A DNA stretch of 42,285 nt from a virus. Every line of letters begins with the position of its first letter. The stretch's first letter is position 1. Below, piece after piece: positions 1 to 6,779 of this stretch. The position numbers were made by a program, and so were the translations under genes. Under the pieces are notes generated by a model. The model saw only the letters and a program-made list of their open reading frames with translations. It made no database searches and had not been told where the DNA came from. Location of the stretch: IMG/VR virus record IMGVR_UViG_3300045988_122987; one strand, 5' to 3'.

Positions 1-99
1 ACATAAGTGCAATATGAACGATTAGTATTTATGCCGCTTTGGTATCTATTGATATACTAAATTTATATCCGCTCGGCTGTGTTCGAGTCCGCGGCACCA
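1..99. repeat. Left copy of a 99-bp direct repeat, identical to 42187-42285. It is either an assembly overlap of a circular genome or a phage direct terminal repeat.
   Basis: Positions 1-99 match the last 99 bases of the window exactly. Position 100 (g) follows the repeat. The right copy sits immediately after a terminator. Confidence 0.9.
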
Positions 100-1582
100 G
101 ATATGCGCAAACATTTTGTGTAGAGAGTGTAACTTTTATCACAGTTCCAGTAACAGTTACATTAGTTACGAGGAGGTCTATCGCACGTTTGGCGTAGTCC
201 ATATTGTTCTTCACAAAAATTTCACTTTTAATAGTCGTCAAAAAGGCGACTATTTTTTTATTATCCAGACTTTCTACGGATTTCACAGAAGCTTCACAAA
301 TAGATTTATTGATTTCTCTCAGCTCCACCTTAATCTGGTTCAGCCGTTGGCGGTCAAACTCGTCTGCTTCGCCTTCTTCAAAAATTTTATAGATATTGTT
401 CAATTTCTTTTCGGCAGCGGCTTTACGTTTTGCAAGAGCTTCTTGTTCTGCAGCATGTCGGGATTCTTCTTCTTGGTAGCCTTTGGCAATGGCATCGGCT
501 ATCCTGCGCATACCGGACACAGTAAAGACAACGCGCTCTAATATCTGCATTACCCAGTGCTCTAATACTTCGGCACGGATCATGCGTTGCTGACACTTTG
601 AAGTAGGAGTCTGTTCTTTGCGCGTGCAGCCATAATAATAATAACGCTGGCGCACACGATGACCAACCATAGCACTTCCACACTCGCCGCAGAATACTTT
701 ACCGGAAAGCAGGTAATCATGTTTGGCTGTATATTTGGCGGCGTGGCAGCGGTTGCGTTCGCGTTTTGCTTGTACGATGAAGAAGTCTTCTTTGCTGATA
801 ATTGCTGGCAGGGCATCTTCGATAGAGATATAATCATCTGGCCTTTTTTGAGAGTGCATATTACGTTTCCCTTTACCTTTCGGAATTTTGTTGAATGTAT
901 ATGTGCCTATATATTTTTCGTTGCCGAGAATATCATACAGACTGTTTTTGCCGAACGGCTTGCCGCTTTTGGTGGTGAAGCCTTTGCTATCCAGCGCGCG
1001 GCAGATTTCAGCATACCCTTTGCCTGCAAGGTATAGCTCAAAAATAAGGCGCACAGCAGCAGCTTCGCTTTCATCAATAACATATTTTTTATCCACAATC
1101 TTATACCCAAGAGGTGGACAACCACCGTTAAAGAGTGCCTTGTAGGCGTTCTCGTTCAGCCCCTTCTTTGTTTCTTTGGACAGGTTGCGGGAATAATAAG
1201 CGGCCATACCAACCATAACAGTTTCCATCACCTGACCTTCGGGCGAATCGGTGTCGATAGGTTGGGCGGCGTATTCGTAGTTTATGCCCAGCCGCTCGAG
1301 CTTATCTTTAAATTTGAAATAGTTTAGCTCGTTCCTGGAATTGCGGTCAATCTTATGGAAGATGATAACATCAAATTTATCTTCCATGGCATCGGCCAGC
1401 ATCTGATTGTAAGCGTCACGCTTGGTAACATCGCGTCCGCTCTTTGCTTCATCAGCATAAGTATCGACAACGATGTAGCCTTTGTTTTTGGCGTAGGCCT
1501 TGCAGGCGCGGACCTGCGCGTCAATAGACTCTTCGCGCTGCATGTCGGAAGAGAAGCGCGCGTAGATAACTGCTCTTTGCAT
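29..1582 (-). CDS. int: Large serine recombinase (integrase), 517 aa.
   Basis: The N-terminal resolvase-type catalytic domain has the motif YARFSS, with the catalytic Ser in the Y-A-R-F-S-S context. A recombinase domain follows, then a zinc-ribbon segment (CGECGSAMVGH...YYYGCTRK) and a C-terminal coiled coil. The SD AAGGAG lies 9 nt upstream of the ATG at 1582 on the minus strand. Confidence 0.9.
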   Translation of the reverse strand: MQRAVIYARFSSDMQREESIDAQVRACKAYAKNKGYIVVDTYADEAKSGRDVTKRDAYNQMLADAMEDKFDVIIFHKIDRNSRNELNYFKFKDKLERLGINYEYAAQPIDTDSPEGQVMETVMVGMAAYYSRNLSKETKKGLNENAYKALFNGGCPPLGYKIVDKKYVIDESEAAAVRLIFELYLAGKGYAEICRALDSKGFTTKSGKPFGKNSLYDILGNEKYIGTYTFNKIPKGKGKRNMHSQKRPDDYISIEDALPAIISKEDFFIVQAKRERNRCHAAKYTAKHDYLLSGKVFCGECGSAMVGHRVRQRYYYYGCTRKEQTPTSKCQQRMIRAEVLEHWVMQILERVVFTVSGMRRIADAIAKGYQEEESRHAAEQEALAKRKAAAEKKLNNIYKIFEEGEADEFDRQRLNQIKVELREINKSICEASVKSVESLDNKKIVAFLTTIKSEIFVKNNMDYAKRAIDLLVTNVTVTGTVIKVTLSTQNVCAYLVPRTRTQPSGYKFSISIDTKAA

Positions 1583-1610
1583 AGAGTCATCTCCTTTTAA
1601 AATTATTGAG

Positions 1611-3215
1611 GTGTTTTGTATGGATTTTGTTATAATAACAGTGCTTTTAATATCTGTAATGGCAGCGTATAGCTATTGGAAAAAATCGAAAGAAAAAGAT
1701 AAGGATATAGCCAGGCTTATAGCTCAAAACAGTTCTTTGTATGACCAAGCGAATAAAAGCAAAAAACAATTAGAGCAAGAGAAGTTGAGGGTAATCAATG
1801 AGTATGGCAAGCTGAAAAGAGAGCTTGTCAGCCAATGTCAATTAGATAAGGCCTTATTGATTAGCGAACACAACCAAGCATTAGAAAATAATGAAAAAGA
1901 AAAAACAAAAGTAATAGATGAATATAGCCAGTTAAAAGCTAAGCTTACAAGTGACTATGAAGCTAAAAAGGCTAAGCTTATTTCCAAAAGTAATCAGTCA
2001 ATAAAAGATTACGAGATTAAAAAAGCAGATTTAATCAGAGATTATATTCAAACAAGAGATAATGTAATGCATGAATACCACAAGGCTCTGGAGGAATTTG
2101 AGCAAGAAAAGCAAGAGGCCATAGCAGAACGTAAAAAAGCTATTGATGATTGTCGCAAACATGAGGAACAGTTAAAAAGACAACATGATTTTAAAAATCA
2201 GGTGTTGAATGAACGCGAGAATCAACTGGCTGAAAGAGAAAAGCTAATGAAGCTGAAGGTAAAAAGCATACCGGTATTAGCCAAGTATTTTTCTGATTTA
2301 GAATTTCAGAAGGATAGCATCAGAGAAGCGTATTTGCTTCAGAAAGAGCGTCCTGCAGTAAAAGCGTCTGATGTTGTCAGTGAAATTCGCCGCGAAAAGC
2401 ACACATTAAATTTAAGGCTTAAAGAAGCAGAGTATCTAGTAAAGTATTATGAGCAAGCTGCTCCATGGCTTGCAGAAGCTGACGATGATTATATAGATCC
2501 GGAGTTAAATAAAACCGGCATCGAAGACTTTGACGAAAACAAAGATGCTGCCAGCTTCTGGCTTTCCAAAGATGAATTTACCCAGCTTACGAGTCAGGAA
2601 AAATATCAGTTAGCTTTAGAGCGATATAAAAAACGTGTTAAAACTAATGCTGAAATTGGACGTGACTATGAAAGATACGTCGGCTATCAATACGAAACCC
2701 AAGGATACGTTGTAGAGTATCGAGGCATAATAGATGGCTTTGAAGACAGAGGACGCGATCTGCTTTGCCATAAGGATGGCAAAACATTAGTTGTTCAATG
2801 TAAATATTGGTCTAAGAAAAAGACGATACACGAAAACCATATCAACCAGCTATTTGGTACAACCTTAAAATATTTTCTCGAACAGCATCCAAGGGCAACA
2901 TTCTATGATTTCTTTACTGCTTTAGAAAAACGGACAATAGCGCCGGTGCTTGTAACCTCAACGACATTATCCGAAACAGCTGCGGAGTTTGCTTCATCAC
3001 TCAATATAAGTGTTGTAGAAAATAAGAGCCTTGGCGATTACCCCATCATTAAATGCAACATCAATAAAACATCTGGCGAAAAGATTTATCATCTGCCATT
3101 TGACCAGCAATACGATAAAGTTAAAATCAGCGGCAAAGGCGAATGTTATGCTATGACTGTTGCAGAAGCAGAAGAAAAAGGTTTTCGCCGAGCTAAAAGA
3201 TGGCTAGGCGAATAG
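1611..3215 (+). CDS. Membrane-anchored coiled-coil protein with a C-terminal Mrr-type (Mrr_cat, PD-(D/E)xK) restriction-endonuclease-like domain, 534 aa. Candidate moron or defence/exclusion gene.
   Basis: The N-terminal hydrophobic helix is FVIITVLLISVMAAYSYW. It is followed by roughly 280 aa of heptad-like K/E-rich sequence. The C-terminal block YRGIIDGFEDRGRDLL...TLVVQCKYW...PVLVTSTTLSETAAEFA matches the Mrr_cat pattern (GxDGGID ... VQCKRY ... TTSxFTxxAxxFA). The gene is markedly AT-rich compared with its neighbours. The SD GAGGTG precedes the ATG. Confidence 0.7.
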   Translation: MFCMDFVIITVLLISVMAAYSYWKKSKEKDKDIARLIAQNSSLYDQANKSKKQLEQEKLRVINEYGKLKRELVSQCQLDKALLISEHNQALENNEKEKTKVIDEYSQLKAKLTSDYEAKKAKLISKSNQSIKDYEIKKADLIRDYIQTRDNVMHEYHKALEEFEQEKQEAIAERKKAIDDCRKHEEQLKRQHDFKNQVLNERENQLAEREKLMKLKVKSIPVLAKYFSDLEFQKDSIREAYLLQKERPAVKASDVVSEIRREKHTLNLRLKEAEYLVKYYEQAAPWLAEADDDYIDPELNKTGIEDFDENKDAASFWLSKDEFTQLTSQEKYQLALERYKKRVKTNAEIGRDYERYVGYQYETQGYVVEYRGIIDGFEDRGRDLLCHKDGKTLVVQCKYWSKKKTIHENHINQLFGTTLKYFLEQHPRATFYDFFTALEKRTIAPVLVTSTTLSETAAEFASSLNISVVENKSLGDYPIIKCNINKTSGEKIYHLPFDQQYDKVKISGKGECYAMTVAEAEEKGFRRAKRWLGE

Positions 3216-3235
3216 CTTGCTTGACTTTTGTACAC

Positions 3236-3286
3236 AAAAAGCAGTAACAGCTTGACTTCTAAAAGTAAAGTTGTTACTGCTTTTTT
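3236..3286. terminator. Bidirectional intrinsic terminator between the Mrr-like gene and the XRE gene.
   Basis: The stem is GCAGTAACA (3241-3249) paired with TGTTACTGC (3272-3280), flanked by an A-tract and a T-tract (AAAAA...TTTTTT). A nested inverted repeat CTTGACTT/AAGTCAAG is also present. Confidence 0.55.
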
Positions 3287-3307
3287 AGGTGAAAAGTCAA
3301 GTTCAGT

Positions 3308-3610
3308 TTACTCTGCAAGCGCACGTACTAACTGCAGTACTGCTTGCTGATTTTTTACGCTTAGTTTATTAAAGCTATTAACGATTTCGGGGGCCTCATC
3401 TGGACCCCAACCCACGATGTACGCAGGCGATACGCCGAAGACTTTGGCTAAAGTCTCTATTTTATCATATGGTATATTGAGTACCTTGCCCGTTTCATAT
3501 CGTTGATATAATGGTGTCTGTATACCGGTCATTCGGCTGACCTCTGGCTGGGTCATGTGATTTTTCTGACGCAGACGCTTTAATCTATCTCCGATCAGCA
3601 TCTTCACCAC
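3308..3610 (-). CDS. XRE-family HTH transcriptional regulator, 100 aa.
   Basis: The HTH motif is LKRLRQKNHMTQPEVSRMTGIQTPLYQRYETGK. On the minus strand the SD GGAGGTGGTGAAG lies directly upstream of the ATG. Confidence 0.8.
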   Translation of the reverse strand: MVKMLIGDRLKRLRQKNHMTQPEVSRMTGIQTPLYQRYETGKVLNIPYDKIETLAKVFGVSPAYIVGWGPDEAPEIVNSFNKLSVKNQQAVLQLVRALAE

Positions 3611-3627
3611 CTCCTTCTGTTGGCACT

Positions 3628-3656
3628 ATAATAACACTAAATGCAAATAAAATCAA
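3628..3656 (-). promoter_or_regulatory. Sigma70-like promoter for the 3308-3610 XRE gene, read on the minus strand as TTGATT-17-TATTAT.
   Basis: The -35 TTGATT is the reverse complement of 3651-3656. The -10 TATTAT is the reverse complement of 3628-3633. The spacer is 17 nt. The same TATAAT on the + strand (3627-3632) could serve a rightward transcript. Confidence 0.45.
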
Positions 3657-3751
3657 TTAAAATTTACAAATAGCGCAAATTTATGACACAAGATTCTGCT
3701 ACAATAAAAGTGTGATTTGAAGACGCGGACCTCATGGAAGGAGGACGCATC

Positions 3752-3850
3752 ATGCAGGAATTGATTTTAGCTGCCATCATCAAAATTGAAGACGAGCATA
3801 TATTGGAAGTTATATATGCCTTCATAACCGAACTTATATCAGATGAATAG
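3752..3850 (+). CDS. Small acidic ORF of 32 aa (MQELILAAIIKIEDEHILEVIYAFITELISDE), absent from the ORF track.
   Basis: A near-consensus SD GGAAGGAGG lies 7 nt upstream of the ATG. A GNRA-loop terminator follows at 3857-3888. Confidence 0.4.
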   Translation: MQELILAAIIKIEDEHILEVIYAFITELISDE

Positions 3851-3856
3851 CGGTGC

Positions 3857-3888
3857 AGCGGTAACGAAAGTTGCCGCTTATTTTTTTG
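3857..3888 (+). terminator. Intrinsic terminator on the + strand after the small ORF.
   Basis: The stem is AGCGGUAAC paired with GUUGCCGCU (9 bp, one G.U wobble) with a GAAA tetraloop, followed by UAUUUUUUUU. Confidence 0.6.
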
Positions 3889-3895
3889 CACAAGA

Positions 3896-3930
3896 AAAGC
3901 CCTGAGCATTAACGCTCAGGGCTTTTTCTT
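3896..3930. terminator. Bidirectional intrinsic terminator at the 3' end of the CI-like repressor gene.
   Basis: The stem is GCCCTGAGC (3899-3907) paired with GCTCAGGGC (3914-3922). It is flanked by AAAA on one side and TTTTT on the other. Confidence 0.7.
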
Positions 3931-4311
3931 TTACTCTTTTTTGTGTTCTTGATAAAGCTTGTCGACAAACTCTTCAAAAGCAGTTTTAAGTTCTGGTGGC
4001 AGTTTGAGATATTCCAGAACCAGACGTTTTGTGAAGTCATCGTCCGACTTGATAAGCCGTCCAACCTGGTGCGCCAGCTCAACATCCACATTAGTTTCCT
4101 GACGGAACATTTCGCCGCTTCCGGTACGCAACCACACTTCATTAACATTAAAAGCATTGCAAATGTCGAGAATAGTACGCTCAGGAATGTTCTTTTCCTT
4201 TTCGTAATCGGCTACAGTGTTTTGTGCACGATTAATTTTTTCTGCTAAGGCTGTTTGCGTTAGTCCTAGACGTTCGCGTAGCACCTTTATTCGCTCGTTT
4301 ATTTCAGCCAT
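3931..4311 (-). CDS. CI-like XRE-family repressor, 126 aa.
   Basis: The N-terminal HTH is IKVLRERLGLTQTALAEKINRAQNTVADYEKEKNIP. The gene is transcribed divergently from the early operon. The SD AGGTGA precedes the ATG on the minus strand. Confidence 0.8.
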   Translation of the reverse strand: MAEINERIKVLRERLGLTQTALAEKINRAQNTVADYEKEKNIPERTILDICNAFNVNEVWLRTGSGEMFRQETNVDVELAHQVGRLIKSDDDFTKRLVLEYLKLPPELKTAFEEFVDKLYQEHKKE

Positions 4312-4332
4312 ATAATCACCTCGCTTTATTCC

Positions 4333-4360
4333 ATTATAGCAGGAGAAAAGAAAAAAGCAA
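4333..4360 (-). promoter_or_regulatory. Leftward sigma70-like promoter for the repressor, TTGCTT-16-TATAAT on the minus strand.
   Basis: The -10 TATAAT is the reverse complement of 4333-4338. The -35 TTGCTT is the reverse complement of 4355-4360. Confidence 0.5.
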
Positions 4361-4365
4361 GAAAA

Positions 4366-4384
4366 TTTATCGAAAAAAGATAAA
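4366..4384. promoter_or_regulatory. Candidate operator: inverted repeat TTTATCG-aaaaaa-GATAAA lying between the divergent -35 elements.
   Basis: The palindrome is perfect (TTTATC/GATAAA). The half-site TTATCG recurs at 4418-4423 and its complement CGATAA at 4450-4455, flanking the rightward -10. Confidence 0.45.
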
Positions 4385-4389
4385 AAGCA

Positions 4390-4418
4390 TTGACGGTACG
4401 ATAACAGAAGAGTATAAT
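4390..4418 (+). promoter_or_regulatory. Rightward early promoter, TTGACG-17-TATAAT.
   Basis: The -35 TTGACG is at 4390-4395 and the -10 TATAAT at 4413-4418, with an exact 17-nt spacer. It sits upstream of the first early gene. Confidence 0.65.
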
Positions 4419-4477
4419 TATCGTAAAGAGCTAATAAAAAATCTTATAGCGATAAATCGGAAAGGCAGGTGAAGGTG

Positions 4478-4672
4478 ATGTATAGCTTTAATGAGCTGAG
4501 TGAAAAACACAATTTGACAGCGGAAGAAAAAAAGACCGCCAAACAAATTCTTGGTTTGCTTAACGGTCAGAATCAAGTAGCAGCAAAGCAGATGCTTGAC
4601 TTCTGCAGCTACGTAATTGAATGTAATTCTAACGTTGCTGTTGTTTTTGAAGAAGAGCGAGCAGAAGCTTGA
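4478..4672 (+). CDS. Hypothetical early protein, 64 aa, first gene of the rightward operon. Its start is adjusted from the GTG at 4469 to this ATG.
   Basis: The SD AGGTGA lies 6 nt upstream of the ATG at 4478. No recognisable HTH is present. Confidence 0.5.
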   Translation: MYSFNELSEKHNLTAEEKKTAKQILGLLNGQNQVAAKQMLDFCSYVIECNSNVAVVFEEERAEA

Positions 4673-4793
4673 TGTTGTTATCGGTAGAGATTATCCGGCA
4701 TTGCTTTTCTTGGTCAATATAAAAAGCGCAGCCTGGACAATCAATTTTAATACCGGTGGCCATACCTCCGGTAATAGGACATTTTTTAGGCAT
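4629..4793 (-). CDS. Possible small zinc-ribbon protein of 54 aa on the minus strand (MPKKCPITGG...DCPGCAF...QCR).
   Basis: Four Cys residues are arranged as CxxT...CPGC...C. Only a distant SD is present. The ORF overlaps the 3' end of 4478-4672 convergently. Confidence 0.2.
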   Translation of the reverse strand: MPKKCPITGGMATGIKIDCPGCAFYIDQEKQCRIISTDNNIKLLLALLQKQQQR

Positions 4794-4877
4794 TTCTATA
4801 AACATAATATCACCTCCGTTCTGTAATACCTATTATAGCACGGAGGGCGGAGTGAAGCGAAGAAAAGAGGATTTAAC

Positions 4878-5117
4878 ATGAAACTTGAGCTTAGCTATGA
4901 TGAGATTTCAACCATTGTCGCTGCTCTGCTGACTAAGGTTATGACCGCAGAGAGCAATGCGCTGAAATGTGCAAAGTATGGCATGGATAAAGATGTTGAG
5001 TTTTGGCAAGAAAGAGCTGAAATCTACAAAAAGGTCTATAAGGTGGTAGCGGCTCAATTCGGACAGGCTTGCAAGGAATGCGAGCAGGCAGATGCGGCGC
5101 TGAAGGAAAGCGAGTAA
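4878..5117 (+). CDS. Hypothetical protein, 79 aa.
   Basis: The SD AAAGAGGA lies 7 nt upstream of the ATG. Confidence 0.55.
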   Translation: MKLELSYDEISTIVAALLTKVMTAESNALKCAKYGMDKDVEFWQERAEIYKKVYKVVAAQFGQACKECEQADAALKESE

Positions 5118-5122
5118 AAGCC

Positions 5123-5404
5123 ATGATGATGATGAAAACCAAAAAGGTAAAACTGTACGGCGAGAAGCTGCGCAAACTGAACACCGCTATCCACGAGCGG
5201 GACAACAACTGCTGCATTATCTGCGGTAAGTACGTGGACCCTAACGAGAAGTTCCATCATGAACCTTGCGGGGCAATGAAGAGTGATGAAATTTCAAAAG
5301 GCGTAACACTCTGCTATGACTGCCACGCTGAACGCCATTTTGGCAAAAACAGTAATGCAGTCAGAGCACAGATTAAAGAATATCTGCAAAGCATTTATAG
5401 TTAA
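5123..5404 (+). CDS. Small Cys/His-rich protein of 93 aa, possibly an HNH-type nuclease or zinc-finger protein.
   Basis: The motifs are CCIICGKYVDPNEKFHHEPCG ... LCYDCHAERH (a C..C..HH...C..CH..H pattern). The start is set at the MMMM cluster just after the upstream stop. Confidence 0.45.
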   Translation: MMMMKTKKVKLYGEKLRKLNTAIHERDNNCCIICGKYVDPNEKFHHEPCGAMKSDEISKGVTLCYDCHAERHFGKNSNAVRAQIKEYLQSIYS

Positions 5405-5418
5405 AGGAGGGTAACACA

Positions 5419-5580
5419 ATGATTGTTGTAACTGATAAGCAGAAAGAAACCATCAAAAAAGTGGAGGATATGGGAAAGGCTGATATTGATGGCCTGAAAG
5501 CAGCCGCCATTTTTCTGAAGGGCCTGCAAACGGCGATGATTATTCTTGCGGAAGACAAGCAGGAAAACAAACCGGCATAA
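5419..5580 (+). CDS. Small ORF of 53 aa (MIVVTDKQKETIKKVEDMGKADIDGLKAAAIFLKGLQTAMIILAEDKQENKPA), absent from the track.
   Basis: A strong SD AAAGGAGGG lies 8 nt upstream of the ATG. It fills the gap between flanking genes. Confidence 0.5.
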   Translation: MIVVTDKQKETIKKVEDMGKADIDGLKAAAIFLKGLQTAMIILAEDKQENKPA

Positions 5581-5593
5581 GGGGCGAAGTGTT

Positions 5594-5752
5594 ATGAACA
5601 GACCTGAAGACTACACCATTGTAGTCGAAAACGAAGGCGAACTGAGCGACTACGCAGTGAATATGTTTGCAAAGTGGGCCTTGGAAATCGGGCGCAAGCA
5701 GGGCTTGTGCGATAAAGAGGGTGAAAAGAAATGTGTAAAGCAAAGCGCATGA
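5594..5752 (+). CDS. Hypothetical protein, 52 aa.
   Basis: The SD AAGGGG precedes the ATG at 5594. The longer track ORF that starts at 5546 has no SD. Confidence 0.45.
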   Translation: MNRPEDYTIVVENEGELSDYAVNMFAKWALEIGRKQGLCDKEGEKKCVKQSA

Positions 5753-5973
5753 CGTGTGCAGAGCTGGAAAACAAAATTGTTGACCATGCCAAACGCTGTA
5801 AAAAATATAAGCCTAACGCAGCAATCAGAGAGCATGAAGCCAGCATGAAATACGAGCGTTTTATGCGGGAGCGCCGGGCAAAGCTGGCGCGTGAAGCTGA
5901 TGAAAGAATGAAGGCCAGCGCTGCCTATGCACTGCGCTTTATCTTCAAGGAGAGATATAAAAATGGCCAATGA
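5731..5973 (+). CDS. Hypothetical basic protein, 80 aa.
   Basis: The SD GAGGGTG precedes the ATG. It is one of a run of small early genes. Confidence 0.45.
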   Translation: MCKAKRMTCAELENKIVDHAKRCKKYKPNAAIREHEASMKYERFMRERRAKLAREADERMKASAAYALRFIFKERYKNGQ

Positions 5974-6451
5974 AAAAACTGTTGTCTGGTATCGTCCAGG
6001 TAAACCGGTGAAGGCCGTGCGTGTTGAGCTTACTTTGGCCAATATGCAGAAGCTGGTGGGCGGTAAGATACAGATCGTACCGCTGGAAGCCAAAGGCAGC
6101 AGCCCGGAATATACGCTGATATGTAATGAGGACGGCAAGAACAAATATCACAATGACGCTTTGTTCCCCCTGCTGAACAATAATGGCAATATCGTAGACG
6201 TTATATTCGGCCCCTGCTTTATCGCCGGTAAGCTGATGACCGATGAGAACGGCGAAGAAACATTTGTCGACTTGCTGCGTGAAGACTATCTGAGAATAGT
6301 CCGCCGCTTTGGGAAAGGAGCTGTGAAGAATGAGAAGAAGGAAACTGCGGAAACTGAGGCTGCTGACCTTAGGCAGCTTACTGCTTGCCGTAATATGCTT
6401 GCTAGATTACGGGCCCGCAAGAATGGTAAGTGCAGCTTATCAGATGGTTAA
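5963..6451 (+). CDS. Hypothetical early protein, 162 aa. It contains the motif LVGGKIQIVPLE, possibly DUF3846-like.
   Basis: The ATG at 5963 has the SD-like GGAGAGAT upstream. The naming is a by-eye hint only. Confidence 0.45.
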   Translation: MANEKTVVWYRPGKPVKAVRVELTLANMQKLVGGKIQIVPLEAKGSSPEYTLICNEDGKNKYHNDALFPLLNNNGNIVDVIFGPCFIAGKLMTDENGEETFVDLLREDYLRIVRRFGKGAVKNEKKETAETEAADLRQLTACRNMLARLRARKNGKCSLSDG

Positions 6452-6671
6452 AGGCCAGGAAGTTACCGAGATTGTTGTACCTTACCATGTATTGGAAGAA
6501 GGAGACACTTTGGAAGGAATCTGCTGCAGATTAAAAGATGAATACGGCGATAAGCGCGACTGGCGCGAAATTGCTTTTTATGTCTGCAAGGATAACAACA
6601 AGAAAGACGGCTGGGTATATCTCGGGGAAAAAATCAATGTGCGCCTGCATGTACCGGTCGAAACAAAATAA
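6330..6671 (+). CDS. Membrane-anchored LysM-domain protein, 113 aa.
   Basis: The N-terminal TM segment is LLTLGSLLLAVICLL. The LysM-like motif is YHVLEEGDTLEGICCRL. A strong SD GGAAAGGAG lies upstream. The ORF overlaps the upstream gene by 122 nt in a different frame. Confidence 0.55.
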   Translation: MRRRKLRKLRLLTLGSLLLAVICLLDYGPARMVSAAYQMVKGQEVTEIVVPYHVLEEGDTLEGICCRLKDEYGDKRDWREIAFYVCKDNNKKDGWVYLGEKINVRLHVPVETK

Positions 6672-6704
6672 AAAAGCCGCCTGCAAAAAGCGCAGACGGC
6701 ATGG

Positions 6705-6747
6705 GGATGTATGAAGTTACCAGCATCCATACATCCCTATTTTAGCA
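6705..6747 (+). terminator. Intrinsic terminator after the LysM gene.
   Basis: A perfect 10-bp stem GGGATGTATG/CATACATCCC (6705-6714 paired with 6729-6738) is followed by TATTTTA. An upstream GC hairpin lies at 6677-6701. Confidence 0.6.
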
Positions 6748-6779
6748 TATAAGAGTGATGATAACAAGGAGGCAAAAAA

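Noticed and set aside
71-99. A tRNA 3'-end look-alike (GTTCGAGTCC...GCACCA) inside the terminal repeat, which would suggest integration into a tRNA gene.
   Set aside because: No 5-bp T-stem can be formed around the TTCGAGT loop. The distance to CCA also does not fit the T-arm, 7-nt acceptor and discriminator geometry. I treated it as coincidence.
3664-4157. Track ORFs 3664-3909(-) and 3909-4157(-), which overlap the repressor and the small + ORF.
   Set aside because: They are out of frame with the HTH repressor and span two terminators. They lack an SD.
4617-4826. A 69-aa + strand ORF from the track.
   Set aside because: Its translation is implausible and it has no SD. The minus-strand zinc-ribbon ORF in the same place is slightly more credible and was reported only at low confidence.
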